A stretch of DNA of 62,000 bases, from the NCBI GenBank assembly GCA_038087875.1, contig CM075998.1, positions 124,001 to 186,000 of the forward strand, given 5' to 3'. A program made the position numbers and the translations under genes. The notes below the pieces were generated by a model. The model ran no database searches, was not told where the DNA came from, and worked only from the letters and a program-made list of their open reading frames with translations. This DNA is from Malacoraja senta. Lineage: Eukaryota. Below, in pieces: positions 35,533-47,860 of this stretch (positions are counted from its first letter, which is position 1; every line of letters begins with the position of its first letter).

Positions 35533-37495
35533 TAGTTTGGCGCGTCGATCTCTACAAAGCTGAGGCCACGCGCCAACTCTCGGACACCTCCTCCTACTTA
35601 CCCCTGGACCATGACCCCACTGACGAGCACCAGGCCACCATAACCAGCACCATCACCGACTTCATCCACTCCCACGACCTGCCTGACCGAGCCTCCAACC
35701 TCATCGTTCCCCAGCCCCGCACGGCCCGATATTACCTTCTCCCCAAAATCCACAAACCTGACTGTCCCGGTAGACCCATTGTCTCTGCCTGTTCGTGCCC
35801 CACCGAACTCATCTCCACCAACCTTGACTCCATCCTATCCCCCTTGGTTAAATCCCTCCCTACCTATGCTCAAGACACCTCAGACACTCTCCGTCGTCTG
35901 TGCGCATTCCACTCTCTAGGCCCTCACCTTTACCATGGACGTCCAGTCATTGTACACCTCCAGCCCCCACCAGGATGGTCTCAAAGCCCTCCGTTTTTTC
36001 CTCGACTGAAGAAGCAACCTATACCCGGCCACCAACACCCTCCTCCGCCTAGCGGAGCTGGTCCTTACCCTCAATAACTTCTCATTTGACTCCTCCCATT
36101 TCCTCCAAATACAAGGCGTAGCTATGGGCACACGCATGGGCCCCAGCTACGCCTGCCTCTTTGTCGGGTACGTAGAACAATCCTTGTTCAATACGTACCA
36201 GGGCCCCATCCCCGACCTCTACCTCCGCTACATCGATGACTGTTTTGGTGCCACCTCCTGCACCCACACACAACTGACTGACTTCATCCACTTTACCACC
36301 AACTTCCATCCGGCACTCAAATACACCTGGACCATTTCCGACACTTCCCTACCATTCCTTGACCTCACTATCTCCATCGCAGGTGATAGACTTCATACCG
36401 ACATCCACTACAAACCTACCGACTCCCATGGCTATCTGGACTACACTTCTTCCCACCCTGCTTCCTGTAAGGACTCCATCCCCCACTCCCAATTCCTCCG
36501 TATACGCCACATCTGCACCCAGGATGAGGCATTCCACACCAGGGCATCCGAAATGTCCTCATTCTTCAGGGAACGGGGGTTCCCCTCCTCCACCATAGAT
36601 GAGGCTCGCACCAGGGTCTCTGCCATACCCCGCAACACTGCTTCTCTCCCCATCCCCCCACTCACAACAAGGGCAGAGTCCCCCTAGTCCTCACCTTTCA
36701 CCCCACCAGCCGTCACATACATCAAGTGATCCTCCGTCAGTTTCGCCACCTCCAACGTGACCCCACCACTCGCCACATCTTCCCATCTCCCCCCCATGTC
36801 TGCCTTCCGCAAAGACCACTCCCTCCGTAACTCCCTTGTCAATTCTTCCCTTCCCTCCCGTACCACCCCCTCCCCGGCTACTTTCCCTAGCAACCGCAAG
36901 AGATGCAACACTTGTCCCTTCACCTCCCCCCTCGATTCCATTCAATGGACCCAAGCAGTCGTTCCAGGTGCGACAGAGGTTCACCTGCATCTCCTCCAAC
37001 CTCATCTATTGCATCCGCTGCTCTAGATGCCAGCTGATCTACATTGGTGAGACCAAGCGGAGGCTTGGTGATCGTTTCGCCGAACACCTCTGGTCGGTCC
37101 GCAACAACCAACCTGACCTCCCGGTGGCTCAGCACTTCAACTCCCCTCCCATTCCGTATCTGACCTCTCTGTCCTGGGTCTCCTCCATGGCCACAGCGAG
37201 CAACACCGGAAATTGGAGGAAATGCACCTCATATTCCGCTTGGGCAGTCTACATCCTTGGGGGCATGAACATTGAATTCTCCCAATTCTGCTAGCCCTTG
37301 CTGTCCCCTCCCCTTCATCAGCCCTCTGGTTGTCTCCTCCCCTCCCCCAGCCCTCGGGATCTTCCTCCGCCCTTTCCTTTCTTCTCCCCACCCCCTATCA
37401 GTCTGAAGAAGGGTTTCGGCCCGAAACGTTACCTATTTCCTTCGCTCCATAGATGCTGCTGCACCCGCTGAGTTTCTCCAGCATTTTTGTGTACC
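35533..37495 (+). mobile_element. Penelope-like retroelement (RT + GIY-YIG), 5'-truncated and frameshifted
   Basis: YLLPKIHK..GRPIVS, GVAMGTRMGPSYACLF, YLRYIDD RT motifs; NLIYCIRCSRCQLIYIGETKRRLGDRFAEH GIY-YIG; CATCGGG at 35526-35532 repeated at 37495-37501 within a split CR1 3' end. Confidence 0.92.
37398..37435 (+). ncRNA. Minimal hammerhead-ribozyme-like motif in Penelope 3' region
   Basis: CUGAAGA 37403-37409, stem II GGGU/GCCC with UUCG loop, GAAACGUU 37423-37430. Confidence 0.65.
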
Positions 37496-37719
37496 ATCGG
37501 GGACATGTTTCCTGCCTCTAGCGTGTCCAATAGACAGTGCATGTAAGTGCGGATACTTGAGGATTCATGTCTTTATTGAAGATGAAAAAACAACCACAGC
37601 CGGCCGATTTCTCTAAATGCCTCCTTATCTGTCTCCTCCTGACTTTCAGGGGATTTATAGTAAACCCCAGTAAAGCAATGGCTTTTGTTGCTAATTCCTG
37701 TGAAGAGTGCTGCTGCCTC

Positions 37720-38520
37720 GTAACTCGGGTTCGATACCCACCACCGGCTCTGTATTTACGGGCGGAGACGTCATTCACATTGCGTCACCACATCCCGCCT
37801 GGACGGTTGCCATGGAAACCTAGCCCATTCACACTCACCCCCCCCCCCGCAATGTTACCTTGCCTCTGATTGGGTGCCCCGTTACAATTTTTGTTACCGT
37901 TGGTGCAATTGGACATCCGTCGAGCCAAGACCCGCCCCCTCCATTCAGCGCCAATTGGCTGCCGCGGCTGCCAGTCATAGGGCGGGTTCCGTGATTGGCA
38001 ACGGGTCTGACAGTGGGCGGGATCAAGAACGACATTATAAACGACGATTGGTTAATTAACCTGCCAGTGGGCGGGATCAAGAACGTTACTTTAAGCACGT
38101 ATTGGTTCAGTGGTCCATCGCTCAGAGCTGAGGTCAGTGATTGGTCGGCGGGCCTGTCACTCAGCCGAGGCGCTGGTTCCGAGGGCTGCGCGTTTAAAGA
38201 TGGGAGCCGCGGATGACGTTGAGAGGCTGCGGTGCGCGCTTTCGGGAAAAGCTTGCAATCAAATAATCAGCACTCACCTCCATCAGGACTTGCGGCTGCC
38301 CGACTGCCGATGATCTGTGGTAAGTCTGCCCCAAGGGGAAGTCATTTCCCCCTCCCCGCTGGCGATGCGCTGGTCGACGGCAGTGAGGCGCGGGGCGTCC
38401 GCGGCGGGCAGCAGGAAAAGCCCGCGGGCTGACACGGGCCTTCTTGCAAAACCGAGTGGGACGCGACAATAAAATGCCACGGGGTTGGAACGGGACGGTG
38501 AGAAGTCCCAACATAAAGCT
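37720..38520. promoter_or_regulatory. CpG-island promoter of RNF41, possibly bidirectional
   Basis: Seven ATTGG/CCAAT boxes 37869-38144, GGGCGG boxes, X-box GTTGCCATGGAAAC 37806-37819, plus-strand donor GTG|GTAAGT at 38319/38320, minus-strand GTGAGT at 37838-37833. Confidence 0.75.
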
Positions 38521-39667
38521 CATTCCGTTTTGGTTTTGGAATGAAGTTGCTGTTTACTGGATATTTCATTGGATTCATTCAAATGGAGAGCAGGTTGACT
38601 GAGCGAGTCCCCCTTGTGTCTCTCTTATTTCGCATCATCACATTTTAGGAGCTATTCGGTTTTTTCCTACCTGGCTTCTCTGTACAACTACCCACCGTTG
38701 GTTAGATTGTTAAATATATGGACTGGCTATTTCCCTCCAAGCAGAACGTGATGTCTCAGGATTTTGATGATACTTAATAATTAGGTATGAATATCATTGT
38801 CTCCATCCTTTGATGCCATTTACATTAATTTCCCCATTTGTGCAATGCTGTGGGGAGCTGATTGATATCATAGTTGTCTCTTGGTCACTTGGAGATGAAT
38901 CCTTCATTAAAATCCAGCAAGAGAGAATCAGTATTGTAGTTAACTGTGTTTTTACATTATAACTATAAGACCATTATTTGGTTGCTGAATGTGGAGGGGC
39001 TATATCCCAACAGCAGCTAATTTTGTTTTCAGTAATTTAAATTGGTTTAATAGTGATTATTGATTTCTGCCAGAATCAAATAGCCTATTTCAAGTGATTT
39101 GTTTGACTCCTTAATCAATATTGTCACGTAATTCCTTCGTCACTTCCCTTGTATTTGGCCATTTTTGCCTCCAGCTTTTGTAATTTGGCTGATCTGACTG
39201 CACTAGTGTCTTATACTTGCCCTTGTCGATGCGTTCCTGATTATGCAGGAACGTGAGTCATAATGTGATTGTGAGCAGATGCCTGTTTGCTTATCAACTG
39301 AATAATTATCCATGTGTTGATGTATGTGCGGATGTGATCAAGATGTGTTGTGCAGTTTATCCCTACATTGAAGTTTGTGAGGCGAAGGTTGCTATAAATA
39401 CGGTGGTTCTTTAAACATTTATTAAATTTGCTTGCGTTTAGGAGTTTGGTTCCATATTTGGTCTGTTAATGCCTCTGCAAAGCTGCAGGAAGTTTTCATA
39501 ATCCTTGATTTATTTTTATTCCACTTCCCACTCGATTATCCTTCCTGTGTGGTGGCTGATTTTGTCAGTAGATTGCTTCACTTGAATCCTTTCCCTTCAA
39601 ATGCAGCTTAACTACGGCCCCAATATCTCTGCGTGTGTGTAAACCCCCACATGTCACCCTACCTCCT

Positions 39668-39875
39668 AAGATAGACATAAATGGCTGGTGTAACTCAGCA
39701 GGACAGGCAGCATCTCTGGAGAGAAGGAACGGGTGACGTTTAGGGTCGAGACCCTTCTTCAGATCTGAAACGTCACCCATTCCTTCTCTCTAGAGATGCT
39801 GCCTGTCCCGCTGAGTTACTCCAGCATTTTGTGTCTATCTTCGGTTTAAACCAGCATCTGCAGTTCCTTCCTACA
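39668..39875. mobile_element. Fold-back Penelope-end element, family B
   Basis: Inverted arms of GAAACGTCACCCATTCCTTCTCTC..AGATGCTGCCTGTCCCGCTGAGTTACTCCAGC around GGGTCGAGACCCTTCTTCAGA. Confidence 0.75.
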
Positions 39876-40684
39876 CACCCCACCTCCAAATACTCTGTTT
39901 AAGCTCTTCCAGCAAGTTGCAATCTTCCACTTTTATTTAAGAAGTGCTGCAAAGGATCTGGGAACTGCAGGCTGGTAAGCCTAACATTAGTGTTGGGAAT
40001 GTTTCAAGGGGGGATTCTGAGAGACAGGATCTACCTGCTTTTGGATAGTTAAGGGCAGATTAGGGATAGTCAGCATATCTAATCTGCCCTTGCGTAGGCA
40101 GTTGAGTTTATTGCCACGAGGTACAGAGGCTTTTATTGTTGTGTGCTGTTCGAGTCAGCAGAAAGATTATACATAATTACAATCAAGCCGTCCACAATGT
40201 ACAGATACAGGATAAAGGGAATAACGTTTAGTGCAAGATAAAGTCCAATTAAAGATAGTCTGAGGGTCTCCAATGAGGTAGATGGTAGGTCAGTGCTGCT
40301 CTCTAGTTGGTGATAGCATGGTTCAGTTTCCTGATAATAGCTGGGAAGAAACGGTCGCTGAATCTGGAGGTGTGTGTCTTTGCTCTCCTATTCCTCTTGC
40401 CTGATTTTAGAGGGGAGAAGAGGAAGTGGCTGGGGTGAGACTCATCCTTGATTATGCTGGTGGCCTTGTCGAGGCAGCGTGAAATAAGATGGAGTCAAAG
40501 GAAGGGAGATAGACACAAAGCTGGAGTATTTCTGGAGCATCTCTGGGGAGGAGGAATGCGTGACGTTTCGGGTCGAGACCCTTCTTTAAAGGAAGGGGAG
40601 GTTGGTTTGTGCGATGGTCTGGGCTGCATCCACAATTCCCTGCAATTTCTTGCGGTCTTTTGTTCCCAAGCCAAGTTGTGATGC

Positions 40685-41480
40685 ATACTGATAAAATGCT
40701 TTTTATGGTGCATCTTCAGAAGTTGGTGAGAGTTGTCAGGGACATGCCAAACTTCCTAAGCCTTCTAAGGCAGTAGAGGCATTGGTGGGCTTTCCTGGCC
40801 ATTGCTTTGGCATGACTGCTCCAGGACACGTTGCTGGTGATATTTACTCCTCGGAATTTGAAGCTTTCAACCATGTGTACTGTTTCACTTGCTGAAGACT
40901 ATCACAATCACCTTTGTCTTGCTGACATTGAGGGAAAGGTTGTTGTCTTGACATCAGGTTACAAGGTTCTCAATCTTCCTACACTCCATCTTGTCATCGA
41001 ATTGAATGCATTTTATTAGCCAATATGGAATGCATACAAGGAATTTGCCTTGGTGCTTTGCTCGCAAGTAACAACATGATATACAGTAGACAATTAAAAT
41101 TAAAACATTATATGTTACACATGTGAAGAATGAATTAAAATACCAGAGCACAAGGAGGTTACAGACTTTTGGTTATTGAGTAGCGCTACTGCTCGTGGGG
41201 GGAGAAAAGCTGTTTTTATGTCTGGCTGTGGCGGCTTTGACAGACTGGAGTTGCCTTCCAGAGGGAAGTGCTTCAAAGAGTTTGTGGCCAGGGTGAGAGG
41301 GGTCAGAGATGATCTTACCCGCTCGCTTCCTGGCCCTTGCAGTATACAGTTCGCCCAATGGAGGGGGGGGGGGGGGAAGCTTGCAGCCAACAACCTTCTC
41401 GGCTGATCAGACGATTCACTGCAGCCTCCGGATGTCGTGCTTGGTGGCTGAGCCAAACCAGACCATGATGGAGAAAAGGT
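40685..41480 (-). mobile_element. Degraded Rex1/L2-like LINE fragments
   Basis: KRAGKIISDPSHPGHKLFEALPSGRQLQSVKAATARHKNSF remnant. Confidence 0.7.
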
Positions 41481-41983
41481 GAGGAATTTGATATTTGGCC
41501 CACTATGGTGGTGTAGTCTGCAAATTTGTCATTTGAGTTGGATGGGTATTTGGCTGCACATTGGTGGGTATATAAGGAGTGAAAAAAGGGGGCTGAGAAT
41601 GCAGGAAAGGGGCTGAGATTGTGATCAATTTGAGTTTCTGAAGGGACCGAGAAGATTGAGGGGCCAGATGTGGTCTCTGGACTTTAGAAAGAGCTTTAAA
41701 GGTTCCGTGTCTGGTCTGGAAGGTTAGACTTTAGGCTCGAAGTTCAAGACTCAACCACGATTGAAGTGGCAGGATATTAATACTCCTCTTTGTGTGTGCT
41801 TGCCCCTTTCTGCCGGAGACAGCAGAAAATATATGAAGATAAAGCAGTTGTCATTAGAAGCAATTTTTGCCGCTATCTGTGATTTGGTAGAGAAAGGCAT
41901 GGAAGCTCCCTGTTAATCTTGCAACGTTGGTTTGAAGTTGGGAGTCCAATGTTATTATTGCACGCTGCTAAAAAAGCAACCAC

Positions 41984-42273
41984 TGGTGGCGCGCTGGTAG
42001 AGCTGCTGCCTCAGTGCCAGAGACCCGGCTTCGATCCTGACCTCGGCTGCTGTTCGTGTGGAGGTTGCCGTTCTCCCTATGACCGTGTGGTTTCCTCCCG
42101 CGTCTCAAAGACATGCCGGTTTTGTGGGTCAATTTGCCTTGTAAAACAAAATTTGCCCTAAATTGTAGGGAGTGGATGAGAAAAGTGGGATAACATAGAA
42201 CTAATGTGAAAGGTTCATCGATGGTTGGTGTGGCCTCGATGGGCCGAAGGGCCTGTTTCCATGCCGTATCTCT
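41984..42273 (+). mobile_element. Diverged V-SINE
   Basis: GGTGGCGCGCTGGTAGAG, GCTTCGATCC, CR1-like tail. Confidence 0.75.
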
Positions 42274-42976
42274 AAGCTCACTGTAAATGGTGGATTTGTC
42301 TTCTGCAAGCTCTGCCCTCTAACCTAAAGGTGTTTAATTTTGGGTCAGCTGTCACTGAAAGCAGTTTGTTACAATCTGCATGTCCGGTTGGAGGAAGTGC
42401 CACATGTAGGGCTATTATATAATATATATATAGAATATGTAGCAGGCTGTTTGGCTCAGCTGGTCTGTTCTAGTCTTCATGCTCCACGCCATCCTCGTCT
42501 CCTTATTCGTTTCTTCCAAAAGTTGATTTCAATTTCTTCCAAGTGTCTGCTTTCTCCCAGACACTACCTGTTGGAGCAAGTTCCACATTCCTGCTGGTCT
42601 GCAGGGTGGGGGGAGAGTTTCCAAGGAATGCCTTATCTGATTTTTGCTGCCCCCACTGCAGCTTTTCCATCTTCTGTCTCCACCTGATAAAACCGTTTTG
42701 TAATCTTCAAGCGCAGTGTTAGGTATCCTGTCTTGTGTTTTAGGAAAGCAAGTGCCATGGTGTGCAATCTTTGTGTTATAATTTTTCAGTTTCTGTGTAA
42801 TTTTTAAAGGCTTAAAACTCCCGTGTGTTCGCCATCGGTATCAGGAAGCCTGAGATTAGAATTTAAATATAATAATCTCATTGAATATGTTTAGCGATTT
42901 GACATTGCATATTTTTGAAATTCTAGCTCCAGGCAAATGACTGTATCCATTAAGAGATGAAATAGTATTGTATTGA

Positions 42977-43075
42977 AGGTACACAAAAATGCTGGAGAAA
43001 CTCAGCGGGTGCAGCAGCATCTATGTGAGCGACGGAAATAGGCAACGTTTTCGGGCCGAAACCCTTCTTCAGACC
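42977..43075 (-). mobile_element. Short Penelope-end element
   Basis: 12-bp TSD GTATTGTATTGA at 42965-42976 and 43076-43087. Confidence 0.85.
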
Positions 43076-44144
43076 GTATTGTATTGACTTGCCTGAACTG
43101 GTATATTTCACAACTGTTTTGTCATTAGTAATTGAATCAAAACCAGTTGGCTTTCTATCTTTTTTTTTTTGATTGAGTAATTTGACTGAATTCTTATCTC
43201 ATTTTGGCAAAAAGTACATTCTGTGGTTTGGTTTTGTCGTTGTGCTTTTTGTCACCGAGGGGATCCTGAATATCCTTTGAAACTGGGAAAGTCCTCTGTT
43301 CTACCCCTCCCCCAACTCTCTTCTATGTTGCTTGTGCAACTCTGGTATTAACAACTGTGCCATCAGCTGCTTCAAATCTTGCATTCTTGTTCCTTCTGTA
43401 AAACCCTCTGACACTATCTTCTTCACACCCTCTTTCTTTTAAGAACACCCCCACCGTTTTGACCAGTGCACCACCACCTTGCCATTTTGTCCGAGGTGCA
43501 CCACGACATTGTTTCTTCGTCGTCAGATTTGTATTGGCTTCCCTTCCACTCGTGAAATTGATGCTGTTGCTTCCAGTCATCAGATAGCCCGCGCTTTATA
43601 ATTATTACACTGAGTTTAAGTCGGTGGATGGAGAGGAGGGGAAAGTGGAATATATATATGTGGTAAGTCCATAAGGATCTAGGCAATAGGTAAGTTTAAT
43701 CTGAGAAGATGGCCAAGGTGAGAGGAAGGCAATGGACACATTTGGACTACAGTGGAGTTGAGGAATATGTAACAGAGTTTGTGCAGGGGATTGGAAATGA
43801 TGGCTGTGATCTTCCAGATATTATGTGGCCTCGTAAACGGTTGGAGGGGCCATGAGGTGGTGGTAATTTGAAACCCGAGTGTGATGGTGTATGTATGGTT
43901 TCAGATTGTTTTAAAGATGAATCTCTCGGTCGGCGAGGGCATTCAGTTCAAGGTTCTTGACGATTACAGTTGGCTGTTGATGCTTGAAACATTGAATTGT
44001 TTTTTGAGCGGATGTTTGGGGTGGGGGCGGTGGGGCGAGGGCGATAACAGTTTGGAAATTCTTGGTTAAAACTGTTAGAATCGGGAAATGGTTAGCATGC
44101 ACAAAAGCTTTTCACTGTACCTCGGTACACGTGGCATAAACTAA

Positions 44145-45270
44145 TGTACACAAAAATGCTGGAGAAACTCAGCGGGTGCAGCAACATCTATGGAGCGAAG
44201 GAAATGGGCAACGTTTCGGCCGAAACCCTTCTTCAGACTGATAGGGGGTGGGGAGAGAAGAAAGGAAAAAAGGCGGAGGAGGAGCCCGAGGGCTGGGGGA
44301 TGGAGGGAGACAACCAAGGGCTGATGAAGGGGAGGGGACAGCAAGGGCTAGCAGAGTTGGGAGAATTCAATGTTCATGCCCCCAGGGTGTAGACTGCCCA
44401 AGCGGAATATGAGGTGCATTTCCTCCAATTTCTGGTGTTGCTCGCTGTGGCCATGGAGGAGACCCAGGACAGAGAGGTCAGATACGGAATGGGAGGGGAG
44501 TTGAAGTGCTGAGCCACCGGGAGGTCAGGTAGGTTATTGCAGACCGACCGGAGGTGTTCGGCGAAACGATCGCCAAGCCTCCGCTTGGTCTCACTGATGT
44601 AGATCAGCTGACATCTAGAGCAGCGGATGCAATAGATGAGGTTGGAGGAGATGCAGGTGAACCTCTGTCGCACCTGGAACGACTGCGTGGGTCCTTGAAT
44701 GGAATCGAGGGGGGAGGTGAAGGGACAAGTGTTGCATCTCTTGCGGTTTGCAAGGGAAAGTACCAGGGGAGGGGGTGGTACGGAAGGGAAGAATTGACAA
44801 GGGAGTTACGGAGGGAGCGGTCTTTGCGGAAGGCAGACATGGGGGGAGATGGGAAGATGTGGCGAGTGGTGGGGTCACGTTGGAGGTGGCCAAACTGACG
44901 GAGGATCACTTGTTGTATGTGACGGCTGGTGGGGTGAAAGGTGAGGACTAGGGGGGCTCTGCCCTTGTTGTGAGTGGGGGGATGGGGAGAGAGAGCAGTG
45001 TTGCGGGGTATGGCAGAGACCCTGGTGCGAGCCTCATCTATGGTGGAGGAGGGGAACCCCCGTTCCCTGAAGAATGAGGACATTTCGGATGCCCTGGTGT
45101 GGAACGCCTCATCCTGGGAGCAGATGTGGCGTAGACGGAGGAATTGGGAGTGGGGGATGGAGTCCTTACAGGAAGCAGGGTGGGAAGAAGTGTAGTCCAG
45201 ATAGCCATGGGAGTCGGTAGGTTTGTAGTGGATGTCGGTATGAAGTCTATCACCTGCGATGGAGATAGTT
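44145..45270 (-). mobile_element. Penelope-like element, 3' ~1.1 kb, frameshifted
   Basis: Near-identical to 36367-37495 on the reverse strand; GIY-YIG in ORF 44374-44673. Confidence 0.9.
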
Positions 45271-45946
45271 ATTGCCGATGACAATAAACTAAACTGGATT
45301 TTGTTTTGGGGGGGGGGGGGGGGGGGAGTGAATAAACATCCCAAGTTTTCAAAGAGACGTTCAAAGAGACGGGAAATGTGTTGCTAGCCTTGCTTCTGGG
45401 GCATTATCAAAGATTTGGAGATAGCACAAAGGAATAGTGTTCAAATTGTTGATGGTTTGTAGATAAGGAGATATTGTTTCTTTAGAAAGTCAAGGGAATA
45501 ATGGAAGTGCATGTTCCAGCTTGTTTGCCTATGTGTAACTGTACCCACTGATTTAAAAGAAGCTTTTGAATGTGGACGAACATTGGGATTTGGGTGTGTA
45601 GGTTTACACTGCTGATTTGAAGGTATCACCTTTTGGTTGCTTTTTTCCATAAGGACTTAAAATTGCCTTTTAAGGCATAGAATGGAAAGCAAAGGCTTGG
45701 CAGATTAGGCTGCAACTGTGGAAAGAGAAAGTATTCTGTTTGAAGACCCTTTGTCCAGCTGAGTGTTTCCAAAATGATTTTTCATTTTTATGGGGAGAAA
45801 TTACTTTTAAACATTTGGGCAAAATCTCACAAGTATGATGATGGTTCTATGGTCTATGTGGGAGGGACACGATTTAATATGTACTTGAGGGGGCAACCTT
45901 TTTCACTGATCATATACCAGTGGTATATGGAACGAGCTGCCAGAGG

Positions 45947-46146
45947 NNNNNNNNNNNNNNNNNNNNNNNNNNNNNNNNNNNNNNNNNNNNNNNNNNNNNN
46001 NNNNNNNNNNNNNNNNNNNNNNNNNNNNNNNNNNNNNNNNNNNNNNNNNNNNNNNNNNNNNNNNNNNNNNNNNNNNNNNNNNNNNNNNNNNNNNNNNNNN
46101 NNNNNNNNNNNNNNNNNNNNNNNNNNNNNNNNNNNNNNNNNNNNNN
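45947..46146. other. Assembly gap (200 N)
   Basis: Run of N in the RNF41 5' intron; true length unknown. Confidence 1.
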
Positions 46147-46899
46147 GCGATTGGACACCCTGGGATGGATCCTGGCCGTGGATGAGGCACAGGTCTGTGT
46201 CCAGTGCTGCCGAGCGTTTTTCGCTTGACCTGAGCACGCAAATCAAGTTCCGCTCTGATCTTTGCCCCACGGACGTCTCCTTCCACCAATCACCGCGCTC
46301 TATCCTCAGTCCTACCCCCATTGCCTGCTGACCGATGTCTCTCTCGTCCAATCGGCGCCCTCGATCAGCATTTCCACCTCCACTGAAAGCGGAGATTTCA
46401 CCGAGTTTTTAAATCCGGATTACAAAAAATGAGGGGGATCATCCCCCACCTCTCAAAACATGTGCCCCCTGGCCCCCCCCCCACCCAGGATTTCCACCCC
46501 TGCTTTCCACCCCCGAGTATTTTATCCACGGTTCTTGCTTGTGAAAAGTGGGGATTCATCTCCTTTTGTTTTAGAGCCGGGAAACAAATATTTTGGTTGT
46601 AGAGAATCTAGGAATGGGCAAATCTCCTGAGAATACTGCTTGCAGCAGTGCTAATTCACATGGTTATTGATATTTCACTCGCGCAGATCATGTCAGCTGT
46701 TTGCATCTTTTCCTCTTTAATATTCCTGCCTTCTGGGACCAAGACCAAGGATGACTCTCTCTGACTGTGTTGCCTAGACACCAGGCAAAAATATTCACCA
46801 ATTGCTCACATTTTATTTTTATGCGACTGGCTGCTGTCTTGTATTGCAGCCAATGCAAGCTGCTCACGACAATAAAGTTACAAAAGGCACGACCCAACA

Positions 46900-47062
46900 G
46901 CAAGGTTTTATGTCGGATGTAGAAGGTTGGGGTGGGGGTTGCCGATGTGCACTTTAACCACATGTGATTTTTATTTTTCGATTACAAATCTCAAATTGTG
47001 GAGTACAGAGGCAAATAAATAAATGATGGGCCTTTGTCCCAAACATTATGGAGGGCACTGTA
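46900..47062. mobile_element. Tc1/mariner-like terminal fragment
   Basis: Ends ...CCCAAACATTATGGAGGGCACTG followed by TA (CAGTG-type terminus); partner end not seen. Confidence 0.65.
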
Positions 47063-47282
47063 TATGTGATTATGAGGATTAACTAGCTGGAAGGGTCTTC
47101 TAAGCTGCAACGTTGATGCAATTCATGGAATGATAACCATCTGTGCTACAGGATTCTGAGAATCACCCCAAATTAATTACATCTGGAGATGGGCTAAATC
47201 TTTTGATCTGGCCCTCTGTATGCTCCGTGCTAGCCTCATTGTCCTCACTTCAGCATGAAAACACTCTATTGACACTCCAGTC

Positions 47283-47860
47283 CAGGGGTGGGGAACCTGT
47301 GGCCTTAAGGCTGCGTGCGGCCTTCTAGGCCATTATCTGCGGCCTTTTGAATGAATCCAAATTTTGTAGAACAAATCCTTTTATATTTATTTAAGAAGGA
47401 ACTGCAGATGCTGGAAAATCGAAGGTAGCCAAAAATGCTGGAGAAACTCAGCGGGTGAGGCAGCATCTATGGAGCGAAGGAATAGGTGACGTTTCTCCAG
47501 CATTTTTGTCTACCTTTTATTTTTTATTAATATATTTTTGTTTGTCTTTTATTATTTTAATTTTAATCTTAAAATGAACGTATTTAAAATACCAAAGAGT
47601 AAAAGATGAGTTAACGAAATAATCCTCCCCGACTGACGGCCGCAATTAAAACGTTAGTAAGTCATGAGGGCTATTTTATTGCTACGAAGAGTTACTCGCT
47701 TTGGGTACTCTTACGGGTAGAACACGAGGAATAGATTTCTTCAACAACTTTCAAGGTAAATGTCGTGAAGTATATCTGATTAAAGTTTCTTGGATGTGGC
47801 CTTATTAGATTACAGCTAACTTAATGCGGCGTTCCAACATGAAAAGGTTCCCCACCCCTG
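47283..47860. mobile_element. hAT MITE, same family, with nested insertions
   Basis: TIRs CAGGGGTGGGGAACC / GGTTCCCCACCCCTG; TSD CTCCAGTC / CTCCACTC; Penelope-end fold-back nested at ~47390-47515. Confidence 0.88.

Noticed and set aside
38594..38784. Possible second RNF41 5' UTR exon (CAG|G...TAG|GTATGA)
   Set aside because: Weak pyrimidine tract at the acceptor; cannot be supported without transcripts
45774..46351. ORFs spanning the N run
   Set aside because: Artefacts of the assembly gap
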